Below are positions 1 through 11,504 of a stretch of DNA of 64,000 nt, in pieces (positions within the stretch are counted from its first letter, which is position 1; each line of letters opens with the position of its first letter). The notes under the pieces are model-generated. The model did no database searches. It was not told the DNA's origin and saw only the letters and a list, made by a program, of their open reading frames with translations. Source of the DNA: Naegleria gruberi (Eukaryota). The translations under genes were made by a program, and so were the position numbers. The DNA lies in NCBI GenBank assembly GCA_000004985.1, contig GG738890.1. One strand, given 5' to 3'.

Positions 1-660
1 TCCACTCCAATCCACTGGTATAACAAGCTTAGAACCTACAGAGCCTTTGTGTTTTTTGCCTTGGGATTTTTCTTTGCATTTGGCATAGAGACCTCAGTTG
101 GTGGATTGATTTCAACATACTTGGTTAAATATGTTGGTACTACTGACATTTCACAAGCCTCTCTCATGGTCAGTATCTATTACTTGAGCATGACAATTGC
201 CAGAATTATATCTGGTATTTTCTCTTACTTCCTTCAAAAGGTTTTCAGATTTACTCAAGTTGTAATCCTGAGTATCTCATTAATTGGACTTTTTTCAGGT
301 ATAATTGTCATGTTAGCCATCCCTCAAAACAGTATTGTTGGTAGTTGGATTGGTGTAATTTTAATTGGTGCAAGCATAAGTACATTTATTCCAAGTTACA
401 TTTCCTTCCCTGCAGCAACAGAAATGAAAGATGTTCACTTGTCTGGATTTTTGACATCTTTTCTCTTTGTTTTATCCTCAATTGGTGAAATGACAATTCC
501 ACTTTTAATTACAAATTCTTGGATTTGGTTTGGCTACAATTCATTCTTCTGGGTCATTTTGATTGTAGCTCTCTTAATGTGTGTCACTACAATATGCTTA
601 TTCTTCATGTCACTCGAGTTGAGAGCAAGAGTATACTCCCTATTCAATAAGAAGAAATAA
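1..660 (+). CDS. 3' portion of a polytopic membrane transporter (MFS-like). The frame is open from base 1 and the stop is TAA at 658-660, so the gene starts upstream of the window
   Basis: No stop in frame 1 from position 1. The translation has multiple hydrophobic helices (GFFFAFGIETSVGGLISTYL..., ILIGASISTFIPSYISF...) typical of the C-terminal half of an MFS permease. Confidence 0.5.
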   Translation, partial: STPIHWYNKLRTYRAFVFFALGFFFAFGIETSVGGLISTYLVKYVGTTDISQASLMVSIYYLSMTIARIISGIFSYFLQKVFRFTQVVILSISLIGLFSGIIVMLAIPQNSIVGSWIGVILIGASISTFIPSYISFPAATEMKDVHLSGFLTSFLFVLSSIGEMTIPLLITNSWIWFGYNSFFWVILIVALLMCVTTICLFFMSLELRARVYSLFNKKK

Positions 661-1106
661 ATAGTAATGTTATCGTCATAAGGACGAAACCATTCATGAT
701 TTTCCTTACTATCTCACTTGAGAAATTCTCCACTGCTTATTTTATGAATCGGACAAATTTCAAAAATTGCAAGAAAAAACCAATATTATGTTCGATAATA
801 ATTTATTTAACTAGCACGATCAGCAGCAGGAAATATTATGAAAAGAAAGACAACACTTTATCCTCTAGAGTCTCCTTCTTCACAGTACTCATAGAGAACG
901 GAATATCTAGGCCAAGCCTTTTAAACAACTCGAAAACATCTCGAAAATTCCAAGCTTTTGAACCCTCATCAAAAGTATCGCATCGACACCCACACAGTCA
1001 AAGGAATCCTTCCTCAAGAGGACTCTGTGGAAGAATCACCAAAACCTTTTAAAAAAGTTCGAACATCATCTCATCATCAAGGGTGATAAGAGAAAATCAA
1101 AAAAAA

Positions 1107-2207
1107 ATGGAAGAAATATTGAAACAAATTAATGAAGATTGGTCGGAATGTTCAACTGACCAAGAAAAGATTGAAAGTAGTTTTGATAAATTGATAAAGG
1201 AGAAGAGAGCAGATCTTTTCTATTCGGAAAGTGATGTAAAGAAGAAGGCTGAAAAACAAAAAAAAAGACTTCGATCATGTGTAGCCATGATTGAATCTGT
1301 AGAAAAGGCTGGATCATCAAATGAAGAATTAATCAAGGATTTACAAGAAAAGAAACTAAAGATTAAACATTATATCAAGAAACTTGACGTGATCAACAAG
1401 CAAACTTTGAATACAGGAGGTAAATTTGTGGAACTATTTCTTGGTAAAGAGAGTAGTGCAGTTCTTGTCGGAGATGATTCTAAAAAGTTTAATTTCAAGA
1501 AGGAATATGAAAGTTTCAAGTACAAGTGCACTGTTTGGAACATTCCATTCACATTATTGTTATACTTTTTCATTCAATCTCGTGCAATTGATACCCTCTA
1601 TCAATTGTATTTGACCTATTTTTATTTAACACTTGCTCTTAGAGAAAATATTTTGGCAGTGAATGGAAGTAATATCAAGGCCTGGTGGATTAGACATCAC
1701 TACCTCTCTATCTTTTTAGTTATTACAATGTTAACATGGCCAGAAACAGCATTCTATCAAGCATATCGTCCTTACTTTTTACTTTACGCTCTATATGCCT
1801 CAATTGTCCAAGTTCTGCAATACAAATATCAAAAGGAAAGATTGTATGTTAGAACAGCTATTGGAAAGTCCAACATGATGGATGTTGCCAACTCTGATAG
1901 TTCTCAAGTTGTCGTCGAATCATCTCTTGCTCTTGTTTTCCTCTTACCATTCATCTTTATTGGACAAATCTTCCAAGTTTATAATGCTTACAAATTATTT
2001 GATTGGGGATTATTACATCCAGAATCATTTGGTGGTATTACTGTTGAATGGCAAGTTTATGCTAATGGTTTACTTTTCCTTATTTTGGCACTTGGTAATT
2101 TTGTCACCACTACTGAAGTTTTGGTAAAGAAGGTTAAGAGAGTCAAAAAGAGAAAGCAAGAAAAAGCTGCTCTAGCCAAGGCCTCAGAAGAAAAGAAGAT
2201 TGAATAA
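1107..2207 (+). CDS. TMEM120/TMPIT family membrane protein (N-terminal coiled coil plus C-terminal multi-TM domain)
   Basis: The segment ALRENILAVNGSNIKAWWIRHHYLSIFLVITMLTWPE matches the conserved TMEM120 core ([27 protein letters not shown]...TWPDG). The real ATG at 1107 is preceded by an A8 run; the track start at 1083 is a GTG. Confidence 0.8.
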   Translation: MEEILKQINEDWSECSTDQEKIESSFDKLIKEKRADLFYSESDVKKKAEKQKKRLRSCVAMIESVEKAGSSNEELIKDLQEKKLKIKHYIKKLDVINKQTLNTGGKFVELFLGKESSAVLVGDDSKKFNFKKEYESFKYKCTVWNIPFTLLLYFFIQSRAIDTLYQLYLTYFYLTLALRENILAVNGSNIKAWWIRHHYLSIFLVITMLTWPETAFYQAYRPYFLLYALYASIVQVLQYKYQKERLYVRTAIGKSNMMDVANSDSSQVVVESSLALVFLLPFIFIGQIFQVYNAYKLFDWGLLHPESFGGITVEWQVYANGLLFLILALGNFVTTTEVLVKKVKRVKKRKQEKAALAKASEEKKIE

Positions 2208-2287
2208 ATTGTAACTTTTCATGGACTCACAAATTTATTTCTCTAAGCATAACAAAATTGATGCAAAATTATTGGAGAATTGGCAAT

Positions 2288-2689
2288 CTATTTACGCTTA
2301 TAGATGTCAACCTTCTTATTTCTCTTTCCACCTCTTCTTCTAATCTTTCTATTCTTCTTTCTGTAAGTATCAATTCTTCTCTTCTTATTCAATCTTCTCT
2401 TCTTTCCATATACATCAATCTTCTTTCTGATAATTCTCTTCTTACCATATCTCTTCCATCCTCTTCTCTTTCTTCCATAGGTGTCAATGTACTTGTGGAG
2501 CTTTCTATTGTTCTTTCTCTTCTTGAGTCTGAATCTCTTGAGATTTCTCTTCTTGTTATTGCTCTTTCTAATGTACAAGGAGAGAGTTGAAGCTTGTTCT
2601 TCATTGGTAGCACTAACTCCAGTAGTGAACGAAAGAGCAAGAACTGCCAAAGTCAAGGCAATCAATAGAATTGAAACGATTCTTTTCAT
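2288..2689 (-). CDS. Small secreted, extremely basic tandem-repeat protein: a signal peptide followed by four short cores (IDTY / IDVY / IDTY / VDIY), each flanked by K/R-rich spacers
   Basis: ATG at 2689. The N-terminus MKRIVSILLIALTLAVLALSF is hydrophobic and signal-like. Repeated units of the form ...K[YK]IDTYGRKRR..., ...KKIDVYGKKRR..., ...RRIDTYRKKNR..., ...KKVDIYKRK. The opposite-strand and overlapping ORFs are low-complexity shadows. Confidence 0.45.
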   Translation of the reverse strand: MKRIVSILLIALTLAVLALSFTTGVSATNEEQASTLSLYIRKSNNKKRNLKRFRLKKRKNNRKLHKYIDTYGRKRRGWKRYGKKRIIRKKIDVYGKKRRLNKKRRIDTYRKKNRKIRRRGGKRNKKVDIYKRK

Positions 2690-3052
2690 TTTTGTTTGTT
2701 GAATTCAAATCAATGGAATAAATGTTCCTCAATTTAAAGATTTTAGAACCTGGTATATTGATCGATATATTGATCATTTTGGTAAGAAAGTTGATGATTC
2801 CTTTGCCAAAAAAAGAGTTGTTTTGGATTTTAGACATTGTTCATTTGGTCTTTCTTAAAACTCACAATTGTTAAAGAACAGAATCAAAGAACTTCAAGGT
2901 TTGGATTGACCATAAAGAAAAAAGTTTCCAATATCTATTTAACGATGATTGTATTATAATTATCAAGAAACTTACTGTAGTGTTTCCTTGATGGTTGTAA
3001 CTTTTCTTCCAAAACAGTAGCCTTATAATTCACCTTAACCTTAGTATTGTTA

Positions 3053-4686
3053 TTAGTAATCTTTTATAATAATATCTGCCAATGATTTTCTTCCTTCTTC
3101 CACATATTCATATAAATGTTTCCTCAAGTTATTCTGTAAAACAGATTCAGTATGGCAAGACTGAATATAGCACAAAAGAGCTGCACCTTTGACACTAACT
3201 TCTGAACCAACCAATACTACTCTCTCACTTGAATTCAAGAGACTTCCACCATTCTCGATTAGAAGGGATTGTGCTGTTTTGGATTCAGCAACTTCTTCAT
3301 CACTAAAAGCGTAATCGTATTGAGATTCAAATATTTGAATTAATAAATCATTCCCCTGTCCAACACAACATAAGAAGGATGAATTATTTGCTCCAATATT
3401 CAACACCCTACCAAATGTTCGTTCTTGTAAATCAAGAGTGTCTATTTTGAGAGGTCCATTACCAGTTGTGTAAACCTTACCACTCTTTGTAAGTACAATT
3501 ACACCGTAGTAACGACATGAAATATCAATGGCAGGATCTGACACCAAGTACTTGTTAAGCTCTGTAGATGGTTGGAAAGCATCTATAGAATCACAAATCT
3601 TTCCAATAGCCAACTCTCCATAGTAATTATAACCAGTACAATGAATTAGACCACTCCTATCGAGTGCAACAATAGTGTGGTCTCCACAAGCAACCTTACA
3701 AATAAACAAATCAGGATTACTTTCAAAATATGGACATAATGAAATGCTTGAAACATCTTGATATCGTGGAAATCCACATTCACCAAAACCATTCGAACCT
3801 GTGTTATTGTAATATCCATAATTTGAATTTCAGAAATATTCCAATAAAACTATTTCAGAAAATATTTAAACAAACCTAGTACAAATATTCTTCCATAATT
3901 GGTTAGAAAAACAGATGAAGAAGAAGCACATGTCATGTATGTTATAAACTCATTTTCTTTAAATGAACTATTAAATGGCAACAGATACGCATGTAGCACC
4001 TCTTCAGTTTTGTTGATTTTCAATTGAATTGCATCATTTCCCAATAGAACACTACTCCAAAATTCAATCCGAATGCAATAAGTGATGATCGCTTTGGCAC
4101 TTGAATTGTCTGACCATTTGGCAACTTATTAATATACATTTCATTCTATAATTCCAGTAATATTATAATATTAAAACATCATCATTAAATTATCTAAAAA
4201 ACCTACGCATTCCTTGACTTGGTATTTTAATTCCGAAATATCTTGATCATCATCATTACGATCAATAATTTCATCCACCAATATCATACAATGAGTATAC
4301 GACGCAGCCACATAATAAACCCTCTTCACTCCAATACTCTGATCCAATCCAGAACTTGTTAATAAATCAAATCCTTCATTCTGATCACTCGACAACTTGC
4401 TAATATGCAAACGATAATCATTGGTGATGGCAAATATACAATCCCTTCGCAATAGGCACTGTACAAGTGAATTGTACCCTCTTTGATTGCAATATTGTTG
4501 TATGTGAGTGAGAAAATTGTTAATTTTTGATGGTTGTGCACTGCAGGCAATGAACGGAGGTGATTTCAGTGCTTGCATTTTTTTTTGTAATGTTTTAATA
4601 GATTTTTGTAATAGTAATCCAACTTGGAAAGTTTGTAAAGGAGGTTCAGTTAGAATCTCAACATTGAATTGAAATTCCAAAAACAA
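3053..4686 (-). CDS. RCC1-repeat (beta-propeller) protein, multi-exon. The last exon 3798..3053 and the intron 3875..3799 (GTTTGT...CAG) are resolved. Upstream exons lie within about 3876-4044 and 4171-4686, with uncertain junctions
   Basis: RCC1 blade motifs are present: YGRIFVLG|SNGFGECGF spans the 77-nt intron in phase 1, and VACGDHTIVALDRSGLIHCTGYNYYGELAIG follows. The upstream ORF 4171-4686 ends in GTAGGT/GTTTTA donor-like sites, and several AG acceptors precede the 3850-4044 ORF. Confidence 0.5.
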
Positions 4687-4756
4687 ACAACCTTAAGGCT
4701 CACTTTACAAAAAGTCAACTTGAACCTGAAGTAAATTTAAAAAAAAATACGCAAAC

Positions 4757-5962
4757 ATGTCGTCAGCAGCATCATTGGATGAGGAATTTATTTCAATTGT
4801 GAAGGGAACTGTGATATGCTTGAACGTTCCCGAATTATTTGAATTCGGAATTAATAATTATTCATATAAATTAGGAAGGGAATTTAGAGGAATTAATCAA
4901 ATACCACTCCATACACCACACTTTATTTATTACAATAGAATTGATCATGAAAAGTTTGGTAATGGACAAGGTCCGAGAATTAGTTTTTTCCACATCTTTA
5001 CCGAGGAAATTCCCTTGTTGATTTTAGAATTTGATGAAGAGGAAGATGATTTTAAATTTACTTCATTGAATGATGAAAAATTTGCACAGATAGCTTATCA
5101 GTATAGGAATGGTGTGTTTTTGAAACAGATTGCTCCCTATAATGAGGATATGAGTAAGAATTGGAACGAATTGGTTTCATATGTTGATTATTCTTTCTTG
5201 GAGAGGATTGAACCGATTAATAAGAAGATTAATTCAACATTGTTGCAGGAGGAACAAGAAGGTGATGAGAAGAAACCGAATATATTGCACTATACCAATG
5301 TACCACAAAAATTAACATCTAAGGGACTCACTCCTGAACAAATTACGAGATTGAATTTTGACAAGTCACAATTACTGGATAGGATTATCAAATCGAAAAA
5401 GATGAGTGAGGAGAAAGCGTTTAGGGATTTATTTGCAGAGATTCAATTTTCATTTATTTGCCTTTTACATGGACAATGCTTGCACGGATTGAATCAGTGG
5501 AAGAAACTAGTTCACTTATTTTGCAATTGTGAGGATGCTCTGTTGGACTATAATGAGCAATTCATACTTTTTGTACAACTGTTGAGAAACCAATTTGAAA
5601 TGTTACCACGTGATTTCATTCAGGATATGGTAGAGCACGATTTTGATTTGGATGAAGAACAATTGCTCGATGTAACAAAGAATAGAACCAATCTGGGAGA
5701 TGAAAATCCACAAGAAACACAACCAAGAAGAAAACCACAAGCCCCTTCAAAACGGGATCACTTTCTTCAAAAGACCCTTCTTCAACTCTTCCTTACCACT
5801 CAATCTATTGAGGAAGACGGTGATTATTATGAGTGTGCAACTTGGAAGAATTTCAGCAAAACCTTAAAACAATTCAGATTATTTATGGAGAAGGAATTTG
5901 AAGGGTGTAAGGATATGTTTTGTGAAGACGATGAAGATATTCCAACCTACGTTTACAAATAG
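4757..5962 (+). CDS. AAR2: AAR2 splicing factor homolog (U5 snRNP assembly factor)
   Basis: The N-terminal block GTVICLNVPELFEFGINNYSYKLGREFRGINQIPLHTPHFIYY and the C-terminal block AEIQFSFICLLHGQCLHGLNQWKKLVHLFCNCEDAL align with the two conserved AAR2 domains of animal and yeast AAR2. Confidence 0.85.
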   Translation: MSSAASLDEEFISIVKGTVICLNVPELFEFGINNYSYKLGREFRGINQIPLHTPHFIYYNRIDHEKFGNGQGPRISFFHIFTEEIPLLILEFDEEEDDFKFTSLNDEKFAQIAYQYRNGVFLKQIAPYNEDMSKNWNELVSYVDYSFLERIEPINKKINSTLLQEEQEGDEKKPNILHYTNVPQKLTSKGLTPEQITRLNFDKSQLLDRIIKSKKMSEEKAFRDLFAEIQFSFICLLHGQCLHGLNQWKKLVHLFCNCEDALLDYNEQFILFVQLLRNQFEMLPRDFIQDMVEHDFDLDEEQLLDVTKNRTNLGDENPQETQPRRKPQAPSKRDHFLQKTLLQLFLTTQSIEEDGDYYECATWKNFSKTLKQFRLFMEKEFEGCKDMFCEDDEDIPTYVYK

Positions 5963-6031
5963 AAGAAATGAACATTGGTTTACATTAAAATATGTTAACT
6001 TTTACAAGAAATATTTACAAAAAGCATCCAC

Positions 6032-9000
6032 TTATTCAAACAATAGAGCAAGGTGAGAGTATTGACATGGGTGAATTTGGTGTGGATGTTGATGCTTGGT
6101 CAATTCTAGAATAAATTTAGCTTCAATGTCATTTGGTAGAGCTTTGCTTAGTTCTTCAATCAGCTCTGTCTTGGCTTTCTTAAGAGACTCTTCTTTATAC
6201 TTTGGTTCTGAAATATGAAGAGCATCTTTCAACTTGGAAAGTTGTTTGATCATCATCTTTACAAGACTATAACCCTTGATGAATGGATTGTGGTCACGAT
6301 CTTGTTGTGCAGCATCTGAACTGCCCATTTGAGGATCATCCATAAAGTATGATTCTTCGTTCAATGATTCACATCTTTCATTACCAACTTCATTGAACAA
6401 CATGGACAATAAATTGCCATTGTTTGGATTGAAAGGATCCATGAGTGGAGAGAATGAAATTGAATCATCAAATTGTTGCATTGCATCGTGTTCATGATCA
6501 TTAACCATAACTTGTTGTTGTGGTGGCTGTGGCTGGGTTGGCATTTGTTGTTGTACATTTTGGAAAGCATCTGGTAAATTGGCACCAAATAATCTTGATG
6601 AATTTGTTTCGTTCATACTTTGCAAAAGTGTTGCATTCTCAATTTGATTTATCAAATCTCCATAAAGCTTTTGAACAACACCATAACGTGTTGACAAAAC
6701 TTTAAGAGCTCTCAAGTCATCCTTAAAGTCCACAGATGTGTCACCTGTTTGTCTCCAATATTCTAAACGAACAGCAACGGCTTTGGCAATACCATTTGCA
6801 ATGACAAATGGAGCAAAAATGTACTTTTCTGTTTTGGTATATGAAATTATTTCATTTGCATAAGAAACCAAAACTGCTGCAGGAATATTCTCCACCTTAC
6901 TGTATAAATCTAAATAAAATTCTCTAATAAAAACATTTGAGAATAAACAGAACAAATCACCTTGTGCTTGATACATGGTTTCGAATAATAAACTATAATA
7001 TGTGTGTGCAATTCTAACCACATTTTCAATAAGAGGCAAATATTGACTACTGATTTGACCCTTTTCAGCCTTATCAAAGAAACTGGTATCGAGCTTGATT
7101 CTGGAGGCAAAAATACCGAATAATTTAGTAGCACTACTTGGTTTACCAGTAACTTTTGACATGTAATCAGATAAAAATGTTTCCTTATACCTAACTAAAA
7201 TACGTAACAAAAATTTAGGAAGTGAAGGACTGTCTTGTGCTGAATAGCTTGCTTGAGTTGCTCCAACTTGTTGATCTGTTGGTCCTCCATAGCCATGAAG
7301 TCCAATCATTTGTTTAACCATGGCCAAGTAGAGAGAAGTCTTTCTCATGTCTCCTTCACCACAAACATAGTCAGTCAAATAGTGCAAAGCTACAGCAATA
7401 TAAATATTATCCATATTATCAAAATATTTAGAAATCTTTTCCTTAGCAAGATTGTGCATGTACTCCATAAGTTTTTGTCTATAGTCACCCTTAAGAACAT
7501 AGTCACCACTTTGTTGAAGTGCTAATGCTTGAATCGAATATAAAATTGAAATCAAACCATCTTGTGTTGTTGAATCCAATTGCATATGGTTAAGTATCAT
7601 TGATGCATTAGAATTACCATCATTTCCCATTAATTGTTCTATTAATCCTTCCATCAAGCTCTTGTCAACCAAGGCGAAACCTGCGCACAATTCTTTATAA
7701 TACAAATCTAGGAGTTTGTGCGCAGTATATCTGAAATTGATTGAGTGTACAAAAGATGACAACATAACTGAAATTGAGTTTGGATCTTTAAAATCTCTTT
7801 CAGAATATGCCATTGGATTAAATTGATGTGTTAAAAGTGGGGAAGAGCCATGAAGGGATGATGGCAGAGGTGACATTTCATTGTGATTCGAAGATCCAGA
7901 AGATGAGGATTGTACAACACTATGAGGAGTATGAGTAACTGGATTCGAAAAGTTTGACGACGTGTTCATAGAAATTGAAGGAACTGCTGGAGAAGCTGTT
8001 GGTATTGTAGTTGGAGGAATAGCAACATTTACATTAGTAGTAGAGGGTGGTGGACAAATTGTTTGTGGTACCTCAGTGGTAATTGGATTTGTTGGTGGTA
8101 CACTTTCCTTATCCTTTTTCTTCTTCTTTTTCTTTCTATTTTGTTGGTCTTGTCCTTTTCTACTTTTCAAATAAACACAATCCTTTCCCATCTTTTTACA
8201 ATAATTACAAACTGGTAATTCTCTACTACATTTCTTGTGTCTTGATCTACAATTGGTACAAGCAATTTGAGCAAGTTGGAAATTACCTCCTTGCTCATCA
8301 ATAGCAGTCTCTGTGAAAGTAGTATTCGTTGGTGAATAAGGAGCAGTAGTTGAAGCAGCATCATATGATTCAGCTATCTTTTTCTTGGACTTTTGCTTCT
8401 TCTTGCTTGGAGGTGGTTGAATACTTTCATCACTTGAGGATTCACTAGATGTTGAGGAACCACTCGATTTGTTTCCATTACCTCCATCAGTATTACTAAC
8501 ATCTTGTTGTTGTTGAGTTGCTGCTAACATTGCCTGAGTAGCATCGGTAGAATGTTGTGGTTGATAGGAATGACTCATATATTGATGAGAAAGATCTGCC
8601 CGAGGAGGTGGAGGTTGAAAGTATCCTTGATGATGAGGAGGTTGATAAAAACCTCCATTTGTAGTCTGGTTTGGATGATGATAATAGAGAGGATAGTGAG
8701 GTGGCAAAACTGGTTGTTGTTGTTGTTGTGGATGCATCATTGAATGTTGTTGCTGATGATGCTGGTGATTTGGAGGTGGTGGATAGGAATGAGCAGTTTG
8801 TTGAGTGTACATGGATGGTGGCAATGTAGATTTACTTCCATCATGAAGTTTAGCCCAGTCTGCCATGCTATGTAATCCTCCTGCTCCTCCCAGTGTTGTA
8901 CTATTATTGGTAGGAATGTTTGGAAAATGATGTTGTGGATAATGATTATTACTTGTTGGGGGTAGTGAATGAGAAGTTTCATTCATTTTCGGATCTAAAT

Positions 9001-9358
9001 TACTACTACTAGTATTGCTATTATTTGAAAAAAGGTGATTGGAAGGGGAGGTAAAGGATGAAATACTATTACAATCCAATAAATTTAGGGAGGATGTTGT
9101 GGACAAGGGAGATTGAACAATAGATGACGACAAGGGTGTGGTTGTAGACGGAAGTAATGTACAAGAACTCTCACAATCTAACTGTGTTGGAGTTAGCACT
9201 GTTGGTTGCTGTTGATAATATTGTTGTACATGTTGATGATGATGCGGAGAAGTTATTGTTGTTGGAAAATTATCATGATAATTGTTAGTGGTCAACATTG
9301 TGAATTCAATTTCGCTACCAACCTTTGAATCAACTACAGAGGAGGAGTTTTTGCTCAT
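6032..9358 (-). CDS. Zn(II)2Cys6 binuclear-cluster transcription factor with long poly-Q/N/S/T low-complexity regions
   Basis: CTNCRSRHKKCSRELPVCNYCKKMGKDCVY is a canonical Cys6 motif and is followed by a basic/coiled linker. ATG at 9358. The small ORFs inside it on both strands are low-complexity shadows. Confidence 0.8.
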   Translation of the reverse strand: MSKNSSSVVDSKVGSEIEFTMLTTNNYHDNFPTTITSPHHHQHVQQYYQQQPTVLTPTQLDCESSCTLLPSTTTPLSSSIVQSPLSTTSSLNLLDCNSISSFTSPSNHLFSNNSNTSSSNLDPKMNETSHSLPPTSNNHYPQHHFPNIPTNNSTTLGGAGGLHSMADWAKLHDGSKSTLPPSMYTQQTAHSYPPPPNHQHHQQQHSMMHPQQQQQPVLPPHYPLYYHHPNQTTNGGFYQPPHHQGYFQPPPPRADLSHQYMSHSYQPQHSTDATQAMLAATQQQQDVSNTDGGNGNKSSGSSTSSESSSDESIQPPPSKKKQKSKKKIAESYDAASTTAPYSPTNTTFTETAIDEQGGNFQLAQIACTNCRSRHKKCSRELPVCNYCKKMGKDCVYLKSRKGQDQQNRKKKKKKKDKESVPPTNPITTEVPQTICPPPSTTNVNVAIPPTTIPTASPAVPSISMNTSSNFSNPVTHTPHSVVQSSSSGSSNHNEMSPLPSSLHGSSPLLTHQFNPMAYSERDFKDPNSISVMLSSFVHSINFRYTAHKLLDLYYKELCAGFALVDKSLMEGLIEQLMGNDGNSNASMILNHMQLDSTTQDGLISILYSIQALALQQSGDYVLKGDYRQKLMEYMHNLAKEKISKYFDNMDNIYIAVALHYLTDYVCGEGDMRKTSLYLAMVKQMIGLHGYGGPTDQQVGATQASYSAQDSPSLPKFLLRILVRYKETFLSDYMSKVTGKPSSATKLFGIFASRIKLDTSFFDKAEKGQISSQYLPLIENVVRIAHTYYSLLFETMYQAQGDLFCLFSNVFIREFYLDLYSKVENIPAAVLVSYANEIISYTKTEKYIFAPFVIANGIAKAVAVRLEYWRQTGDTSVDFKDDLRALKVLSTRYGVVQKLYGDLINQIENATLLQSMNETNSSRLFGANLPDAFQNVQQQMPTQPQPPQQQVMVNDHEHDAMQQFDDSISFSPLMDPFNPNNGNLLSMLFNEVGNERCESLNEESYFMDDPQMGSSDAAQQDRDHNPFIKGYSLVKMMIKQLSKLKDALHISEPKYKEESLKKAKTELIEELSKALPNDIEAKFILELTKHQHPHQIHPCQYSHLALLFE

Positions 9359-10241
9359 TTTTAAAAAGGTAGTTAAATATGAAGAAAGGGCAGCAAACGT
9401 TATTTGGGCAAGTGACGGCTTGTGAACAGTTAAATGTTAATAAACTGTAGGATTTTGTCGTTGTTGTTGATGACAATCTAGCACTACCAACATGCAAGGT
9501 GCTGTAGGGTTTATCGTAGTATGAATATTCTGTTGGACAATAACTTCAAGCTTGAAGAGGATTGGCACTAGTTACTGTATTGATGAGGGACTTTCCAAAC
9601 GGAAGTTTTAAATATTATAAAGACCTTCTTGATGTTCAAAAAAGGAATTAAATCTTGGCTGTAGTGGTTGTAAGAATAATTGACTAGAACAATGAATGTG
9701 TATCAAGTATTGCATGCAAAATCAAATGATGATAATTCTTTTGACAACTGTCCTTAAAATGGGAATATTCTGTTTTGTAAAACGCGAATCTTTCTTAGGT
9801 GTCCAATATTGATTTTATGTGCGAGATTTTAATAGTGAAGATTGTCAAAGGTTCTTTGATATCTTGACAATTAAACAACACAATGATACAACAACAAAAC
9901 AATCAAACGAATAGCAGGGGTGATAGGGTTTCCTCCTTTTTTTCTTGCTGAATAAATTGTTCGTCCTTGATGATTCTTCGGAGACCGATCCTAAACGCAA
10001 TTCTCATCACTTTGGTGGACTTTAGCACTTTGATTCATGCTCCACAGGCTGTGTTGATTGTTTGTGAATTGTAATTGCATATTAAATAGAAGATGTTTGG
10101 AAATGAAAAGTCCTTTGATGATTTCCTCAAATCACCTTAAAGGTTTTAAATCAATTGATTTTCTCTGAATTCTTATTGAAACCATTTTTGAAAGAGCTTG
10201 AGTTGGTTTCTAAAATTGGAAAACCAAGTCAGCCTTTTAAT

Positions 10242-11504
10242 TTATTGTAACCTATTTTTCAAATCAGAAATGACAATGGATAAAAGTTCAGTTCTCAATG
10301 AAGTAATTCTTTCTGTTGGAATCAATTTGAATCGATTGGAAATAAAAATTTTACAATAACTAAATAAACTTTCAATATTTGCAGTTTCTGCCAAATCGAA
10401 TAGTTCACAAACATTATCAGTTGTAATGTTTGGAATAATAAAACGAGTGGCAAGATCTTCCATTTCTGTGAGCATTAATTGATTTCCCACTTGAGTTAAT
10501 TTCAATAGAGTTTCCATTGGAATACATTCACCATCCTTAGTCTTGATTGTTCCAGTATAGATATATTCGAGAATGTACTTCATAATTAGATATTCAAACT
10601 CAACTTTCATAACAAATGGATTTTGTGAAGTGTATTCCTTTGAATTATTCCATTGAGTTGACAATAAAGTCTTGAAATATAGAGATCTAGCAACTAGTAT
10701 TGCATGATTAGCATACAGAATTTGATCACTATCTGAGCAAGCAATATGTACATTGGCAAATTCTTTCATTTCTAATAATTGTACCAAATCTCTTCTCAGA
10801 AAACTATCTGATTTTGATTCTAATGCTTTTTCAAGTCTTGTGCTCATTGAGATTGGAAAATCACTCTTCATATCTTCCAAAATATCAACATCACACAGAG
10901 CCATATTATACATTCTGAAATTTTTGATCTGTGCATTGGCTCTATCATAACCATAACCACTTTCGAATAGATGAAAATTTTGATTATCATTTCTCTTCAA
11001 ATATTGCCCAAACTTTTCATATTTATCCAACTTTCCATCGATAAACAAGAATTGATAAGGTCCATAATACACTAAACCAACATGAGTCCACCTATTCAAA
11101 TCAATCTCTTGCCTACTATCAAATCCTGCATTATCTGCAACAGACGAATCACATCTACAATGCAACAAATTACTTCCCGGACACAACCAACAAGCAGGTT
11201 GTCTAACAGTGTTGGCATTTCCATGATGAAATAAAACTCTCCATTGTCCATGTCCATTTCCTAGTAAATTAATTTGAAAAGTAATGGAATATTCACGTAG
11301 GAGGCTCTGTTCAGAATGAATATCCTCACCTGTGATGGTTGTATTCTCAGGTGTGGTGAGAAATTGTGAAATGATTGGATTTTCATGTTTGATGGATGGA
11401 ATAAATGATGGTTTTACATTGAGCTGCTTTGGGGAAATAACTTGGGAGTGAGTTTGTGTGTTGATCGGAGTGGTGTCTACGAATTCTTGGCTATGAATTT
11501 GCAT
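10242..11504 (-). CDS. BTB/POZ-domain protein with an N-terminal ConA/LamG-like beta-sandwich region
   Basis: The BTB core VHIACSDSDQILYANHAILVARSLYFKTLL is followed by a BACK-like helical region. The N-terminal region (GQWRVLFHHGNANT...WTHVGLVYYGPYQFLFIDGKL) is jelly-roll-like. Confidence 0.6.
   Translation of the reverse strand: MQIHSQEFVDTTPINTQTHSQVISPKQLNVKPSFIPSIKHENPIISQFLTTPENTTITGEDIHSEQSLLREYSITFQINLLGNGHGQWRVLFHHGNANTVRQPACWLCPGSNLLHCRCDSSVADNAGFDSRQEIDLNRWTHVGLVYYGPYQFLFIDGKLDKYEKFGQYLKRNDNQNFHLFESGYGYDRANAQIKNFRMYNMALCDVDILEDMKSDFPISMSTRLEKALESKSDSFLRRDLVQLLEMKEFANVHIACSDSDQILYANHAILVARSLYFKTLLSTQWNNSKEYTSQNPFVMKVEFEYLIMKYILEYIYTGTIKTKDGECIPMETLLKLTQVGNQLMLTEMEDLATRFIIPNITTDNVCELFDLAETANIESLFSYCKIFISNRFKLIPTERITSLRTELLSIVISDLKNRLQ

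Noticed and set aside
696-1052. 118-aa plus-strand ORF between the transporter and TMEM120 genes. Similar short ORFs occur at 1129-1614, 2258-2837, 6361-8982, 15047-15505, 23324-23915 and 49838-52913
   Set aside because: These are short, overlap or shadow better-supported genes, or lie in low-complexity codon repeats (poly-Q/N/K/E). None has a conserved motif, and many use non-ATG starts in the track.
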